From the NCBI GenBank assembly GCA_043819095.1, contig JBDRFF010000020.1, forward strand, positions 101,890 through 161,755: a stretch of DNA of 59,866 nt. The letters are read 5' to 3'. A program made the translations under genes and the position numbers. How positions within the stretch are numbered: position 1 is the stretch's first letter; the number at the start of each line of letters is the position of its first letter. This document shows, in pieces, positions 59,223-59,866 of this stretch. The notes under the pieces were generated by a model, which did not search any database, was not told the DNA's origin, and was given only the letters and a program-made list of their open reading frames with translations. Origin of the DNA: Candidatus Omnitrophota bacterium (lineage in GTDB: Bacteria > Omnitrophota > Gorgyraeia > VGKH01).

Positions 59223-59612
59223 TTAGACCCTTCTTCTTTTTCTAGGACGACAACCATTATGAGGCTGGGGCGTTAAATCTTTAACGCTCACAACCTTCAA
59301 TCCAGATGCTTTTAAAGCTCTGACGGCAGATTCTCTTCCAGAACCAGGACCTTTCACACGAACCTCAACTTCTACCACACCTATCTCTTTTGCTTTTTTT
59401 GCTGCATCTGAAGCCGCAACCTGCGCTGCGAATGGTGTGGATTTCTTTGAACCGCTAAAACCTACTATCCCTGGCGATGACCATACCAAGACATTACCCT
59501 CCTGATCTGCAACTGTGATTATGGTATTATTGAAAGTGGCCCTAATAGAAACTACGCCACTAGTGACTCTTTTGATTACCTTTTTCTTTTTCGCCTTACT
59601 TTTTTCAGCCAT
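59223..59612 (-). CDS. rpsK: 30S ribosomal protein S11
   Basis: [27 protein letters not shown]. Confidence 0.98.
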   Translation of the reverse strand: MAEKSKAKKKKVIKRVTSGVVSIRATFNNTIITVADQEGNVLVWSSPGIVGFSGSKKSTPFAAQVAASDAAKKAKEIGVVEVEVRVKGPGSGRESAVRALKASGLKVVSVKDLTPQPHNGCRPRKRRRV

Positions 59613-59623
59613 AAATTACCTTT

Positions 59624-59866
59624 CTATGCTTCCTTCTTTGGTGCCGCCGCAGCCTTCATAGCTCCTACAACCTTGCGAGGGCCTTTGCGCGTACGGGCAT
59701 TTGTACGCGTTCTTTGACCTCTCGCAGGCAGACTTCGCTTGTGTCTCATACCTCTATATGAACCTATATCAATTAGGCGTTTGATATTCGCAGACAAAAG
59801 TCTTTTTAAATCACCTTCTACTCTATAATTCTTCTGAATTATAGCTGTGATGTTAGAAATTTCTTC
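59624..59866 (-). CDS. rpsM: 30S ribosomal protein S13 (5'-truncated by window edge)
   Basis: Hand translation: [34 protein letters not shown]. Confidence 0.96.
   Translation of the reverse strand, partial: EEISNITAIIQKNYRVEGDLKRLLSANIKRLIDIGSYRGMRHKRSLPARGQRTRTNARTRKGPRKVVGAMKAAAAPKKEA

Overview
About 38-40% GC (by eye) bacterial chromosome segment, almost entirely minus-strand coded. Gene content and order suggest a PVC-type anaerobe such as Candidatus Omnitrophota; this is inference only. From right to left it carries: the end of the alpha ribosomal operon (rpsM-rpsK-rpsD-rpoA-rplQ); an aminotransferase-leuC-pilT-leuD-ICDH/IPMDH-mdh-lpdA-lipB-lipoyl run; glycolipid genes; a cobalamin uptake locus with a riboswitch; lpxB/msbA; rpsB-tsf-pyrH-frr; three tRNAs; a PTS-pgi-metK-ahcY-pfkA-fba run; ilv/leu genes; aroE; a ~9 kb accessory tract; an ABC-F ATPase; and an EF-G gene cut by the left edge. 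There are two main surprises. (1) The EF-G ORF, missing from the ORF track, has a ~340-aa N-terminal extension (TM helix, long coiled coil, Pro/Ala/Glu linker), so it is a predicted membrane-tethered elongation factor G. L17 also ends in an amphipathic, membrane-targeting-like helix. (2) A family of six ~110-205 bp three-hairpin elements plus two half-sites sits at gene junctions. It shows covarying stems and abuts duplicated, synonymously recoded 3' ends of aroE and ilvC, which suggests a hairpin-guided insertion/cassette-accretion system whose recombinase is not in this window.
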